Assembly: GCA_023701005.1 (NCBI GenBank)
Contig: JAMPXW010000002.1
Location: 113,053-177,052, forward strand
DNA from: Burkholderiales bacterium
GTDB taxonomy: Bacteria > Patescibacteriota > Minisyncoccia > Phycocordibacterales > UBA9973
Direction of reading: 5' to 3'
Length of the DNA: 64,000 nucleotides
Position numbers and translations under genes: made by a program. Each line of letters opens with the position of its first letter. Within the stretch, counting starts at the first letter, position 1. The notes beneath the pieces are model-generated. The model saw only the letters and a list, made by a program, of their open reading frames with translations. It was not told where the DNA came from and searched no databases. Positions 28,525 through 38,895 of this stretch are shown piece after piece.

Positions 28525-29142
28525 TTAATTCTTAATAAATATTATACCATAATGGTGTTCCCCTGCATCTATCTCTCTATCTATTTTAAAACCTTCTTTC
28601 AAAAACATTTCTTTCGCTTTATTTTTATCAATAATTTTACCAAAACCTACACCAAAAACACTCGTATTGTCAGACCAATCAATAAGTAAAACTTTGCCAT
28701 TCTCTTTTAATATCCTTTTTGTCTCTTTAACAAATTTTTCTTTATCTTCTACCTGAAATAAAACATTTGAAGCTATCACAGCATCGACTGTCTCGTCTTT
28801 TATTTTTGTTCCTCCTATTTTTTCTATGTCACCCAAAAAACACTCAACATTATTTAAATGAGCTTCTTTTGTCTTATTTCTAATAGTCGTCAAAAAATCT
28901 TTCTGTATTTCTACAGCATAGACCTTACCCCTAGAGACAATATGAGCAAGAGGAATAGTGTAAAATCCTGAACCAGCACCCAAATCTGCAACAATCATAT
29001 TTTCTCTCAACCCGAATGCTTTTAAATTTTTTACCGGATCAGTAAACATATTATAAATTATAACACTAAAACGATGTAAGAGATGCAATACTATCACCAG
29101 AACGTAAACGCATGATGGTGACTCCTTGAGTTTGCCTACCAA
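28525..29142 (-). CDS. class I SAM-dependent methyltransferase (true start probably Met31 at 29052, avoiding overlap with gyrA)
   Basis: '[16 protein letters not shown]' motif I; track start overlaps gyrA 3' end by 77 nt. Confidence 0.6.
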   Translation of the reverse strand: MVGKLKESPSCVYVLVIVLHLLHRFSVIIYNMFTDPVKNLKAFGLRENMIVADLGAGSGFYTIPLAHIVSRGKVYAVEIQKDFLTTIRNKTKEAHLNNVECFLGDIEKIGGTKIKDETVDAVIASNVLFQVEDKEKFVKETKRILKENGKVLLIDWSDNTSVFGVGFGKIIDKNKAKEMFLKEGFKIDREIDAGEHHYGIIFIKN

Positions 29143-31525
29143 GAGATGAAATATCTTTCAGGGCCGTCCTTATAACTTGGCCTTTTTTAGACATCGCGAT
29201 CAATTCTTCCTCTTCTCCTGTTAAAACTTTAGCTACTATCAATCTACCTGTTTTTGGTGTCACTTTAGCTGTCTTAATACCTGAGCCTCCTCTCTTTTGA
29301 ACTTTATATTCTTTTAGAGAAGTTTTCTTTCCGAATCCATTAGCACTCATCGTCAAAAATGTACCTTCTTTGTTTTCTTTTTTAACTACATCAACACTAA
29401 TAACTTCATCTCCTTTGCCGAGTTTGATGCCTCTCACTCCACCTGCTGTTCTTCCCATCTCTCTTATGTCACTTTCTTTAAATCTTATAGATTGACCTCC
29501 ACCAGTAGCCACCATGACTTCATCTCCTTTGTCTACTATTAGAGCAGAGACGAGTTGATCTCCTTTGTCTAAACGAATAGCAATGATGCCACTTCTTCTA
29601 ACATCCTTGAATCCTTCTCCAGACATCTTCTTGGCTGTGCCATCTTTCGTAACAAGCATTAAAGAAATTGGAGACTTTTTCAACTCTTTTGGCATTGGTA
29701 ATATAGAAGTAACTTTCTCATCATTGTTCAAAGCTAAGAAATTCATGATAGACTTACCTTTTGTTGCGCGACGCCCTTCAGGAATATCATACATTTTCAT
29801 TTGATAAACCTTTCCTAAGTTTGTAAAGAATAACAAATCATTGTGTGTAGTCCCAGAGACAAGCATCGTCACAAAATCTTCTTCTTTTGTTTCAAGATCT
29901 ACGACACCGACTCCTCCACGTTTTTGTGAATGATATTCAGAAGGATCTGTGCGCTTCACATAACCTCCAGCCGTAAAGACAAGTACTGTCTCTTTATCTG
30001 GGATTAAGTCTTCATCAGAAATTTCTTTGTTGCCTCCTTTCACTATTTTTGTCCTTCTATCGTCTGCATACTTTTCACGAATTTCTTTTAATTCTTTTCC
30101 GATCACTGCAAGAATCTTTTTTGGGCTTGCCAAAAGATCCTTTGTTTCTTTGATAAATTTCTGTTTTTCAGCTAATTCATTCTCTACGGCCTTTCTCTCT
30201 AACCCTGCTAATTTTTGTAATTTCATTTCCAAAATAGCTATTGCCTGCAATTCTGAAAACTTAAATTCTTTTATCAAATTAAATTTAGCAACTTGTCCAT
30301 CTTTAGATCCACGGATCACTGTGATGACGCGATCTATCTTATCTAAAGCTTTTTTCAAACCAAGCAAAATGTGTTCTCGTTCTTCTGCTTTTCTTAAATC
30401 ATAAATATTTCTTCTTTTTACAACTTCTTTTCTGTGTTCAATAAATAAAGCGAGTATTGATTTTAAAGAAAGAGTTTGCGGCACTCCGTCCACCAAAGCC
30501 ACAACGTTAAAATTAAAATTTGATTCGAGCTGAGTATTTTTGTAAATATAATTTAAAACTTTTTCAGGAACTGCAGTATTTTTTAAATCGATAACTATTC
30601 TGATATCTCTCGTAGATTCATCTCTCAAACCTTTAATACCGTCTAATTTCTTTTCTTGTACAAGTTCTGCAATAGCCATTATCAAATTGGCTTTATTTAC
30701 TCTATAAGGAATAGAAGTTATGATTATTTGAAAACCTCCTTTTTGTTCTACAATTTCTGCTTCTCCACGACACACGACTCCTCCTCTGCCTGTGCCATAT
30801 GCATGCAACATATCTTTATAATTATAAGCAATACCTCCTGTAGGGAAATCTGGGCCTTTAACAAATTGCATCAAATCTTCAGTTGTCGCGTCTTCATTTT
30901 CAATCAAATAATTTGTCGCATCTAAAACTTCTCCTAAATTGTGTGGAGGAATGTTTGTCGCCATGCCGACGGCAATACCTAAGGTTCCATTCAAAAGAAG
31001 AGATGGCACAGATGATGGAAGTACTATCGGCTCTTTGCGAGTCTGGTCGTAGTTTGGACGAAAATCTACAGTCTCTTTTTCTAAATCCTGCAAAAGCAGA
31101 TTAGAAACTTTAGACATTTTTGCTTCTGTGTAACGCATAGCTGCAGCACCATCGCCATCGATAGAACCAAAGTTTCCTTGACCTAGAATCAAAGGATAAC
31201 GATAAGAAAATTCCTGTGCCATACCCACCATAGAATCATAAACAGCTACATCTCCATGGGGATGATATTTTCCAAGCACATCTCCGACTACTGCCGCAGA
31301 CTTTCTAAAACGAGCACTAGAAGAAAGCCCCATTTCATTCATGGCATATAATATCCTGCGATGTACAGGCTTTAATCCATCTCTGACATCCGGCAAGGCA
31401 CGTGAAGTGATGACACTCATCGCATACGCAATGTATGAATCTTGCATTTCTTTCACAACATCAACTCCTATTATTCCATCTGTGCGCACTTTGATTGGTT
31501 CTATATCTTTTTCTTTTTTTGCCAT
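29066..31525 (-). CDS. gyrA: DNA gyrase subunit A
   Basis: '[21 protein letters not shown]', active-site Tyr region, C-terminal GyrA box '[10 protein letters not shown]'; 819 aa. Confidence 0.85.
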   Translation of the reverse strand: MAKKEKDIEPIKVRTDGIIGVDVVKEMQDSYIAYAMSVITSRALPDVRDGLKPVHRRILYAMNEMGLSSSARFRKSAAVVGDVLGKYHPHGDVAVYDSMVGMAQEFSYRYPLILGQGNFGSIDGDGAAAMRYTEAKMSKVSNLLLQDLEKETVDFRPNYDQTRKEPIVLPSSVPSLLLNGTLGIAVGMATNIPPHNLGEVLDATNYLIENEDATTEDLMQFVKGPDFPTGGIAYNYKDMLHAYGTGRGGVVCRGEAEIVEQKGGFQIIITSIPYRVNKANLIMAIAELVQEKKLDGIKGLRDESTRDIRIVIDLKNTAVPEKVLNYIYKNTQLESNFNFNVVALVDGVPQTLSLKSILALFIEHRKEVVKRRNIYDLRKAEEREHILLGLKKALDKIDRVITVIRGSKDGQVAKFNLIKEFKFSELQAIAILEMKLQKLAGLERKAVENELAEKQKFIKETKDLLASPKKILAVIGKELKEIREKYADDRRTKIVKGGNKEISDEDLIPDKETVLVFTAGGYVKRTDPSEYHSQKRGGVGVVDLETKEEDFVTMLVSGTTHNDLLFFTNLGKVYQMKMYDIPEGRRATKGKSIMNFLALNNDEKVTSILPMPKELKKSPISLMLVTKDGTAKKMSGEGFKDVRRSGIIAIRLDKGDQLVSALIVDKGDEVMVATGGGQSIRFKESDIREMGRTAGGVRGIKLGKGDEVISVDVVKKENKEGTFLTMSANGFGKKTSLKEYKVQKRGGSGIKTAKVTPKTGRLIVAKVLTGEEEELIAMSKKGQVIRTALKDISSLGRQTQGVTIMRLRSGDSIASLTSF

Positions 31526-31528
31526 AAA

Positions 31529-31735
31529 TTATTTTATAATTGTATCTTTTAATTCAGTAAACGGTTTCAAATCTTCTTGCATTTTTGTTTGTGTATCCGG
31601 ATCAGATAAACTTTTACTTAAACTTAATATCCAAAGCATTATCATTACAACTGCCAAGAAAAATATAATGATATGTAAAATATGCCTTCTCGTTTCTTCT
31701 GGTTGTTGTCTTAAGTTATGAATAATTTTCTTCAT
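31529..31735 (-). CDS. small single-TM protein upstream of gyrA
   Basis: 68 aa, one TM 'ILHIIIFFLAVVMIMLWIL'. Confidence 0.3.
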   Translation of the reverse strand: MKKIIHNLRQQPEETRRHILHIIIFFLAVVMIMLWILSLSKSLSDPDTQTKMQEDLKPFTELKDTIIK

Positions 31736-31739
31736 TTTT

Positions 31740-32384
31740 TTATACTGGTTTTAAAACTACAACTTCACCTTCTTTGCCATCCAAATCTTTTAATTTTAAG
31801 GTCAATTTATCTACTTCTGGAGCCTTTTCTTCTCCTATCTCTTTCAAGAATATTTTTAAAGAAGCATCATCATAACTCATAGGAATGATCAATTTAGGTT
31901 CAAACAATAATGCAAATTTTGCAGCAGCTTTCGCATCGAGGAAAGTAGCTTCTTTGGAGACAGTACTTCCTCCAATAGGAATAAACATTATATCTGGACT
32001 ATCTATAACTTCTTGAGCTTCTTTGGAAACTTCCCCAGAAGACAATGCTCCCAAAAATGCTACTTTAATATTATCTAAGGTAAATGAATATATTGTATTA
32101 ATATATTTCTTGTCATTTATCAAAGCATTAGACATGGCAGCTTTAACAAAAACTTCTTTCACTTCATAATCTCCCGGACCTTCAATAACAAAAGGCATGC
32201 GCTCACCATGAGAAAGCTGTTCTATCCCATTAAAAAGAGGATGATTTGTTGTGACGAATGCTATATCAGAACCAAAATGCGCTGAGACTTTAGACTTGGC
32301 ATTTTTACTAACTGGATTAAAAGCGAGGACCATGTCCCCTTGTGTCATCTTAAAAAATTGTTCCCCAAAATATGTAATTATCAT
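31740..32384 (-). CDS. MBL-fold metal-dependent hydrolase (UPF0173-like)
   Basis: 'IITYFGEQFFKMTQGDMVLAFNP' start typical of UPF0173; 214 aa. Confidence 0.6.
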   Translation of the reverse strand: MIITYFGEQFFKMTQGDMVLAFNPVSKNAKSKVSAHFGSDIAFVTTNHPLFNGIEQLSHGERMPFVIEGPGDYEVKEVFVKAAMSNALINDKKYINTIYSFTLDNIKVAFLGALSSGEVSKEAQEVIDSPDIMFIPIGGSTVSKEATFLDAKAAAKFALLFEPKLIIPMSYDDASLKIFLKEIGEEKAPEVDKLTLKLKDLDGKEGEVVVLKPV

Positions 32385-32439
32385 TACTACTATTATATCA
32401 AAATGATAAACAAAAACAAAGCAAAAATTAACTTTTTTT

Positions 32440-32580
32440 GTATTTCAAAACCTCTTGCTTTTTTAAAAAATTATAGTAAGATTATCAGTAATATATTAAA
32501 AGCATGGATTTAGGGTAACCCTAACGAGGCGCAAGCCAAATTAGAACCTAAGCCTTATATCCGCTTGTAGGCGGATTTTT
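32440..32580 (+). ncRNA. candidate small structured RNA / transcription attenuator immediately upstream of rpsA
   Basis: no ORF; hairpin TAGGG-TAA-CCCTA; terminator-like ATCCGC-TTGTAG-GCGGAT + T7 ending 12 nt before rpsA ATG. Confidence 0.3.
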
Positions 32581-32591
32581 TTAATCAAATT

Positions 32592-33671
32592 ATGAATAAA
32601 GAAGAAGTAGTTCAAGAAAATCTAGTATTGAAGTCTATTGTAGACAGAAGTGCTAGTAGGCCTGAAGTAGATTCTCTAGTAGAAGGACCTGTTATTTTAA
32701 TTGAGAAATCGTCTGTATATGTTGACCTTTCCCCTTTTGGAACAGGTATTATATACGGAAGAGAATTTATTAATGCAAAAGACATCATCAAAAAGATTAG
32801 TCTTGGTGACATCATAAAAGCAAAGGTTGTAGAAAAAGAAAATGAAAATGGCTATACAGAGCTCTCATTGAAAGAAGCTAAACAAGCTCTCACATGGAGT
32901 GAAGCTGAGAAAGCTATCAAAGCAAAAACTGTATTAGACCTAGAAATAAAAGATGCAAACAAAGGAGGTTTGATATTAGAATGGCAAGGAATACAAGGAT
33001 TCTTACCAGCTTCTCAATTGAAAGCAGATCATTATCCTAGAGTATTAGATTCTGATAAAGATAAAATTTTGAAAGAATTAAAGAAACTCGTCGGAGAAAA
33101 AATATCTGTTATGATCATTTCTACTCTTCCAAAAGAAGGTAAATTAATCTTCTCAGAAAAAGATAACAATCCTGAAGAGAAAAAAGAAATATTAAGCAAA
33201 TACAATGTCGGAGATGAATTGGAATGCACAATAGCTGGACTCGTAGATTTCGGAGTATTCTTGAAATTAGAAGACGGCTTAGAAGGATTGGTACACATAT
33301 CAGAACTCGATTGGGGTTTGGTTGAAGATCCTCGTACAATGTTTAAAGTTGGAGATAAAATAAGAGCGAAAGTTATAGAAATTAAAGAAGGTAAAATCTC
33401 TCTTTCTATCAAGGCTCTAAAGGAAAATCCTTGGACAGAATATGAAGGTAAATTAAAGAAAGGTGACATCATAAAAGGTGTCGTGATCAAATACAACAAA
33501 CATGGTGCATTGGTATCTATCAAAGAAGGTGTCGCAGGACTTGTACACAATTCTACTTTTGGATCTGAAGCTATGCTTCGTACCAAATTGGAACTTGGAA
33601 AGAACTACAATTTCCAAATTACACTATTTGAACCAAAAGAACACAAAATGACATTGGTGCATTTAGAATAA
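32592..33671 (+). CDS. rpsA: 30S ribosomal protein S1 (short, four S1 domains)
   Basis: repeated S1 OB-fold motifs ('GDIIKAKVV', 'GDELECTIAGLVDFGVFL', 'GDKIRAKVIEI', 'GDIIKGVVIKYNKHGALV'). Confidence 0.75.
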   Translation: MNKEEVVQENLVLKSIVDRSASRPEVDSLVEGPVILIEKSSVYVDLSPFGTGIIYGREFINAKDIIKKISLGDIIKAKVVEKENENGYTELSLKEAKQALTWSEAEKAIKAKTVLDLEIKDANKGGLILEWQGIQGFLPASQLKADHYPRVLDSDKDKILKELKKLVGEKISVMIISTLPKEGKLIFSEKDNNPEEKKEILSKYNVGDELECTIAGLVDFGVFLKLEDGLEGLVHISELDWGLVEDPRTMFKVGDKIRAKVIEIKEGKISLSIKALKENPWTEYEGKLKKGDIIKGVVIKYNKHGALVSIKEGVAGLVHNSTFGSEAMLRTKLELGKNYNFQITLFEPKEHKMTLVHLE

Positions 33672-33690
33672 AAATACTGAAACTAAATAC

Positions 33691-33722
33691 AAAAAAGCCC
33701 CCGCAGTAGCGGGGGCTTTTTT
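33691..33722. terminator. rho-independent terminator, GCCCCCGC-AGTA-GCGGGGGC, copy 1
   Basis: 8-bp G/C stem flanked by A6/T6; identical to 35177-35208. Confidence 0.75.
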
Positions 33723-33750
33723 GTATAAATATCTATTCTCTAAATTAAAA

Positions 33751-35061
33751 CTACGGAGCTGAAGTTATTGTCTCCCAAGTTGTAGTGTAAACATTTAATT
33801 TATTTGCTGTCGTATTGTAAATAACCATTCCGGCAGTTGGACTCGGAATCGCATCTCTCTGAGCCGTAGTCATTCGAGGAGGCATAAAAGCTTTGGTGGT
33901 ACTTGTTAAATCAACAATAGCATTTGCATTTGGACTCGTCGTCCCGATGCCGACGTTGCCATTGTTATTAATGAGCACTTTGTTATTCGCATATAAATAA
34001 TTGGACGTGCTCTCATTATATGCTGCAATAATTTGTTCATTGTCGTTATATAATCCTGATTCATTTGACGAAAAACTGCCTTTTGGTCTGATAGCGATCC
34101 CGCTAGAATAAAAACCGCCGCCTGAACCAACCTGGCCCTGTACTCCCAATGAATAATTTCCAAAGTCTTCATTGTAACTAGAGTTGCCGACCAATATGGT
34201 TTGGCCTGGTGTTGTTAATCTCATTCCGCCTTCAGGATCTATCCTTACGTAGCTGTTATAGTCAATAGTATCCCCGATGATCAATTGACCGATATTATTC
34301 CTATATATTTTCATGGATGAATAACCCAAAGGGTCGCTCCTTGTTTCCGGGAATTCAAATGCAACCAAATTATTAGTCCCGCCGACTGTAGCATTTCCTC
34401 GGAAGATCATAGTTCCATTTACATCTAACTTTGCTGCTGGTGCTGTAGTACCTATGCCGACGTTGCCGCTATTTGTAATTATCATTTTAGTTGCTTTGGT
34501 TCCAGTAGTGTTTGTGGTATCAAAAGTGATTTTAGTAGGAGTTATATTTGTACTTACTGTTCCATCCACCTTAAAATTTATTTCAGCTGCATCTTTATAT
34601 TGAGTTCCATCATGAGCTTGTGCCACCCAAGCCATTATAGTATCACCACTAACAACAGCTGTGGGACTAGCTGATGTACCCCTAGAACGTCCGATATGAA
34701 TAAAATTACCCATCCAACTAGTATCATTGTGTGCTTGTATTTTAACTTGATTGAGAGTATCTGCTTCAAAAAATATTGTTGGCGAAGAACTTGAAATAAC
34801 ATGCAGTTTCGCTGTTGGACTCGTAGTCCCTATCCCCACCTTCCCCGTCATCAAACCACCACCAATAATTATATTACCAGTAGTCGTAGTCGAACCTAGG
34901 TTAATATTTGAAGAAGCTTCACCATTTAGGTTAAGTGCTCCACTACTTGAAACAGTCAATGCTTCTAGTGTTAAGGCAGCATTGGCAAAACTTGCCCCTA
35001 TACCTAGAACCAAAAACAGGGCGACAATACCTATACTCACATATTTTAATTTTTTAGACAT
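33751..35061 (-). CDS. secreted Gly/Thr/Ser-rich surface protein with phage tail-fibre-like repeats
   Basis: signal peptide; repeated 'GNIIIGGG...GKVGIGTTSPTAKLHV', 'GNVGIGTTAPAAKLDV', 'GNVGIGTTSPNANAIVDL'; C-terminal 'MTTAQRDAI...GMVIYNTT'. Confidence 0.5.
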   Translation of the reverse strand: MSKKLKYVSIGIVALFLVLGIGASFANAALTLEALTVSSSGALNLNGEASSNINLGSTTTTGNIIIGGGLMTGKVGIGTTSPTAKLHVISSSSPTIFFEADTLNQVKIQAHNDTSWMGNFIHIGRSRGTSASPTAVVSGDTIMAWVAQAHDGTQYKDAAEINFKVDGTVSTNITPTKITFDTTNTTGTKATKMIITNSGNVGIGTTAPAAKLDVNGTMIFRGNATVGGTNNLVAFEFPETRSDPLGYSSMKIYRNNIGQLIIGDTIDYNSYVRIDPEGGMRLTTPGQTILVGNSSYNEDFGNYSLGVQGQVGSGGGFYSSGIAIRPKGSFSSNESGLYNDNEQIIAAYNESTSNYLYANNKVLINNNGNVGIGTTSPNANAIVDLTSTTKAFMPPRMTTAQRDAIPSPTAGMVIYNTTANKLNVYTTTWETITSAP

Positions 35062-35176
35062 ATACTATTATCCTGCAAGACTTTATGTAAAGCAGAATTA
35101 ATTAAATTAATAACAAAATAATTATAACTCCTATTGCCTTGACTTTAAATAGATGAAGTGGATAAAACTGTGTATA

Positions 35177-35208
35177 CAAAAAGCCCCCGCAGTAGCGGGG
35201 GCTTTTTG
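35177..35208. terminator. rho-independent terminator, GCCCCCGC-AGTA-GCGGGGGC, copy 2
   Basis: identical hairpin to 33691-33722. Confidence 0.75.
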
Positions 35209-35224
35209 TATTTTTAATTATTAT

Positions 35225-35842
35225 TTATGAACTTACTTTTCCTGCTATTAAATTCTCATCACCTATTTCATTCATTATGGAAATCACTTGATCTACGTAT
35301 TTAGGTACAATAGAAGGAGGATTGTAGGCTTTAAGTATTTCTCTAGTATTTTTATCAGCATAATGTCTCGCAGTATTAGGATTATTACCACCCAAGTTCT
35401 TAGCAACAGTTTCTATAGCTTGTTCATTAGATTTAAAACCTATCTTACAAGAACCCCAACCGAAAGAGTTATAAGTAGCTTTTATACAAGCAAACTTTCC
35501 TCCAGTAGATTCACGTACAGATATAGCAGCTAAAAGTCTCCAATCAAGGCCATTCTTCTCGGCTTCTTCTACCATTTTCTTACCCATGCCTTCCAAGGGC
35601 ATATCATGGTCTTTGAAATAAGTATCTATAGCTTCCGCTTTAGCCTTTAAATCTTTTGCCTCCTGGTCTAAAGCCTGGTTAAGGGCTAATACACCATCGG
35701 TCATATTCTCTTTTTGTATAAATACAGTTTGAATAGTCTCTTTCGCAGTATCTTTTATCATAGTTCCTAAAGGTACCGGCCCTGCCATAAGGGGAATAAA
35801 CATAAGAGATTGGGCAAACCGTATTAAATTGTTTTTATTCAT
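35225..35842 (-). CDS. secreted putative peptidoglycan hydrolase (glucosaminidase/lysozyme-like)
   Basis: signal peptide; 'GLDWRLLAAISVRESTGGKFAC...NSFGWGS' resembles glucosaminidase/FlgJ-type motif. Confidence 0.35.
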   Translation of the reverse strand: MNKNNLIRFAQSLMFIPLMAGPVPLGTMIKDTAKETIQTVFIQKENMTDGVLALNQALDQEAKDLKAKAEAIDTYFKDHDMPLEGMGKKMVEEAEKNGLDWRLLAAISVRESTGGKFACIKATYNSFGWGSCKIGFKSNEQAIETVAKNLGGNNPNTARHYADKNTREILKAYNPPSIVPKYVDQVISIMNEIGDENLIAGKVSS

Positions 35843-36009
35843 ATTAGGGCGGTTGATGCTCCGCCAACTTCATATCCGTTTATTCAGCTTTTACTGAAAT
35901 AGCCCTTATTTAAAAGATAATCTACCATTTAATAAGGACATACCTATATACTAGCATATTCCATATCAAAAGTCAATAGTTATGCAACAATTTTGCTGTA
36001 TGTCAAATT

Positions 36010-36038
36010 AAAAAACCCTTATTTTATAAGGGTTTTTT
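36010..36038. terminator. rho-independent terminator AACCCTTA-TTTTA-TAAGGGTT + T-run
   Basis: seen in intergenic region 175 nt downstream of murC stop. Confidence 0.55.
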
Positions 36039-36215
36039 AGAACAGCCCATTGACAAATAAGGCTAAAATATGGGTAATTTAGGCTTTGGGGATAAATAAT
36101 AAAAATAGAAAGAGCTAATTTTAAGTCGGTACGGAATTTTTGAAGCTTAAAAATTCCTGAAATTGGCTCGTCGACACTCGCCAAACCCCTTTTAAAATCA
36201 CTCTTTCTATTTTTA

Positions 36216-37529
36216 TTATAATTTAAAAACTTTTTCAGCTACTTTATAGGCCTCTCCTGCCCCCATAGTCACAAATACATCATTCTCTCCTAAGTTTAAA
36301 TCCTTTATGAAGATCTCAGCTGAAGCAAAATCAGGAAAAGCCTTGGCTCTATCACCTGCTAGTGATATAGCTGAAGCTAGCTTTTCGCTAGAAATACTCT
36401 CATCTTTAACTTCTCTGGCAAAAAAGATAGGCAAAAGATAAATATTGTCTGCCCCCTTAAAACATTTTGCAAAATCATTAAAGAGGGCTTTTGTCCTACT
36501 ATAAAGGTGTGGCTGAAACAAAATCGTAATCTTTTTATCCCCTATTTTGTAAATTTCCCTTAAAGCTTCTATACTTGCCTTTATTTCTGTGGGATGATGG
36601 GCATAATCATCATAAATGATAGTTCCTGTGCTCGTCTTGCCCTTTTTCTCTAATCTTCTCCAAGTCCCAGAAAATTGAGCAATGGACTTTTGAGCATCTT
36701 CATCTTTTATATTAAAAATATTAGCAACAGCCAACGCAGCTGCAGCATTCAAACGATTGTGTATTCCTGGGACAGATAAATCTGGGACTTTGTCTATGTA
36801 ATGTGTATAATTAATCACCTTTGCTTTATATTTCTTTTTTAAAATATTATTAACTGATACTTGATTTAAATTACAAACAATATAATTGTCTGTCTTGTCT
36901 GCCAAATCAGCAAAAGCATCCTCGATGTCATTCAAATCTTTATAATAATCTAAATGATCTTCTTCTATATTTGTAATCACTAAAATTTTTGGTTTTAAAT
37001 TCAAAAAAGATCTTTCATATTCGCAAGCTTCGACGACAAAAGCACTACCTTTGCCTATCACTAAATTAGAATTATTTTCTTTCAACAAAGAACCGACGAT
37101 GACTGAAGGATCTTTATGATTATCAATCAATATCTTGGCTATCATGGCTGTCGTCGTCGTTTTGCCGTGAGTTCCTGATACAGCTATGGTGTATTTATGT
37201 TTTGTCACGATACCGAGCATCTCTGGATAAGATCTAATCGGTATTCTTTGCTGGCTTTTTATTTTTGAGAAAAATTCCGGATCATAATTAATGATAGCTG
37301 TCGTGTAGACAATCAATTCAACATCTTTTGGTATATCTTCATATGATTGACCTACCGTTATCTTTGCCCCCATTTTACGCAAACTTTCTACTACTATTCC
37401 TTCTTGCATATCCTGTCCTGTGACATCTTTCTTTTCATCTATCATTATGCGCGCAATCGCCGAAATACCTATTCCACCTATCCCTACAAAGTGCACATGT
37501 TTAATTTTTGATAAATCCAATTCTTCCAT
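36216..37529 (-). CDS. murC: UDP-N-acetylmuramate--L-alanine ligase
   Basis: 'HFVGIGGIGISAIARIM' MurC N-terminus, Mur ligase P-loop 'VSGTHGKTTTTAM'. Confidence 0.85.
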   Translation of the reverse strand: MEELDLSKIKHVHFVGIGGIGISAIARIMIDEKKDVTGQDMQEGIVVESLRKMGAKITVGQSYEDIPKDVELIVYTTAIINYDPEFFSKIKSQQRIPIRSYPEMLGIVTKHKYTIAVSGTHGKTTTTAMIAKILIDNHKDPSVIVGSLLKENNSNLVIGKGSAFVVEACEYERSFLNLKPKILVITNIEEDHLDYYKDLNDIEDAFADLADKTDNYIVCNLNQVSVNNILKKKYKAKVINYTHYIDKVPDLSVPGIHNRLNAAAALAVANIFNIKDEDAQKSIAQFSGTWRRLEKKGKTSTGTIIYDDYAHHPTEIKASIEALREIYKIGDKKITILFQPHLYSRTKALFNDFAKCFKGADNIYLLPIFFAREVKDESISSEKLASAISLAGDRAKAFPDFASAEIFIKDLNLGENDVFVTMGAGEAYKVAEKVFKL

Positions 37530-37530
37530 G

Positions 37531-38892
37531 TTATTTAAGTTTTTTTATTATCTTCAAAAATAAATCATTTCTTTCATATTCATTATTAAATTGTCCAAAA
37601 GATGCAAAGGCTGGAGAAAATAATATTATGTCGCCTTTCTTTGATTGTTTAATAGCTTCTTTCACAGCTTCGTTTAGATCTTTAACCAGCAAACTATTTT
37701 TTAATTTAAACTTATTATTTAATTCATCTGTTCCAGTCCCTGGTATCATTATAATCCCTTTACAATATTTATTCACAACCTTAACAAAATCTTCCAAGGG
37801 AAGCTTTTTGTCTGCTCCACCACAAATTAAAATAACTCTCTTTTCTTCCCCGAAGCCAGGGTTAGGGGAAACTTTTACAGACAAAGCTTCGATACCTGCC
37901 ATTGTCGCTTCTGGGGTAGTAGCATTGTTGTCGTTATATATTTTTACACCTTTTATCGTCTTTATGTATTGAAGTCTGCCTTCTAATCCTTTAAAATTCT
38001 TTATTGCTTTAGCTATTTTAGAAATAGGAATATTAAATTGTTCTGCCACTTTCACAGCGCATGCTAGATTTTCTTTCTGATATTTACCAGGAACAATAAA
38101 ATTGTATTTATCTACATCTTTCGCATCTACAATTATCAATTTACCTTTCGTATCACCTTTCTTTATAAAATCTTTCATTCCTTCACGGATAATTAAAATA
38201 TCATTCTCTTTTTGAAATTTAAAAATATTCGCTTTATCATCAAAATATCTTTCCATGGAATTACCATAATAATTCATATGATCAGGCATAAAAGAAGTAA
38301 AAACAGAAATATGTGGAGATAGTTTGGAATCGCCGAAGCCTTGCAATTGCCAAGAATCAAGTTCGCAGACCAAAATATCTCCTTCTTTTACTTTTTTAAG
38401 AAGAGGCAAAGTAGCAACACCTCTCACATTACCTCCAATAAATACATTGCGTTTCAGGAATTTTTCATTTTGTTTTAAAATCTCATAGATAAGTGCTGTT
38501 GTCATGGATTTACCTCTAGTGCCTGTTGCCCCTATCAACATAACTTCTGGCGCACTTTTTGCAAACAAAGAGACGTCCATTTCTATGGGAATATTATTTT
38601 TAACTGCTTCTTTTATATAAATAGAATCTATGGGGACGCCTGCTGCTTTCATTATTAGATCTCTATTTTTAAAATCTTCTAATCTATGTTCCCCAAGAAC
38701 AAATTTAATATTTTTATATTTAGATAAAACTTTTACAGAACTTTCAATTTGTTCTTTTGTTTTAAGATCAGTCACTATTAAATCTGCACCACATTCTGCA
38801 AAAAATTTGGTATAACCTAGGCCACGCCCCAAAAGACCCAATCCCATGATCGTAATCTTTTTCCCTTTAAATTGTTTTTTATAATCTATCAT
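37531..38892 (-). CDS. murD: UDP-N-acetylmuramoylalanine--D-glutamate ligase
   Basis: 'KKITIMGLGLLGRGLGYTKFFAECGADLIVTD' MurD N-terminus; 'GATGTRGKSMTT' P-loop. Confidence 0.8.
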   Translation of the reverse strand: MIDYKKQFKGKKITIMGLGLLGRGLGYTKFFAECGADLIVTDLKTKEQIESSVKVLSKYKNIKFVLGEHRLEDFKNRDLIMKAAGVPIDSIYIKEAVKNNIPIEMDVSLFAKSAPEVMLIGATGTRGKSMTTALIYEILKQNEKFLKRNVFIGGNVRGVATLPLLKKVKEGDILVCELDSWQLQGFGDSKLSPHISVFTSFMPDHMNYYGNSMERYFDDKANIFKFQKENDILIIREGMKDFIKKGDTKGKLIIVDAKDVDKYNFIVPGKYQKENLACAVKVAEQFNIPISKIAKAIKNFKGLEGRLQYIKTIKGVKIYNDNNATTPEATMAGIEALSVKVSPNPGFGEEKRVILICGGADKKLPLEDFVKVVNKYCKGIIMIPGTGTDELNNKFKLKNSLLVKDLNEAVKEAIKQSKKGDIILFSPAFASFGQFNNEYERNDLFLKIIKKLK

Positions 38893-38895
38893 CTT

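Noticed and set aside
35140-35175. TTGACT-N17-ATAAAA promoter-like motif on the plus strand upstream of terminator copy 2
   Set aside because: It has no downstream plus-strand gene and a weak -10. It is probably a chance match in AT-rich DNA.
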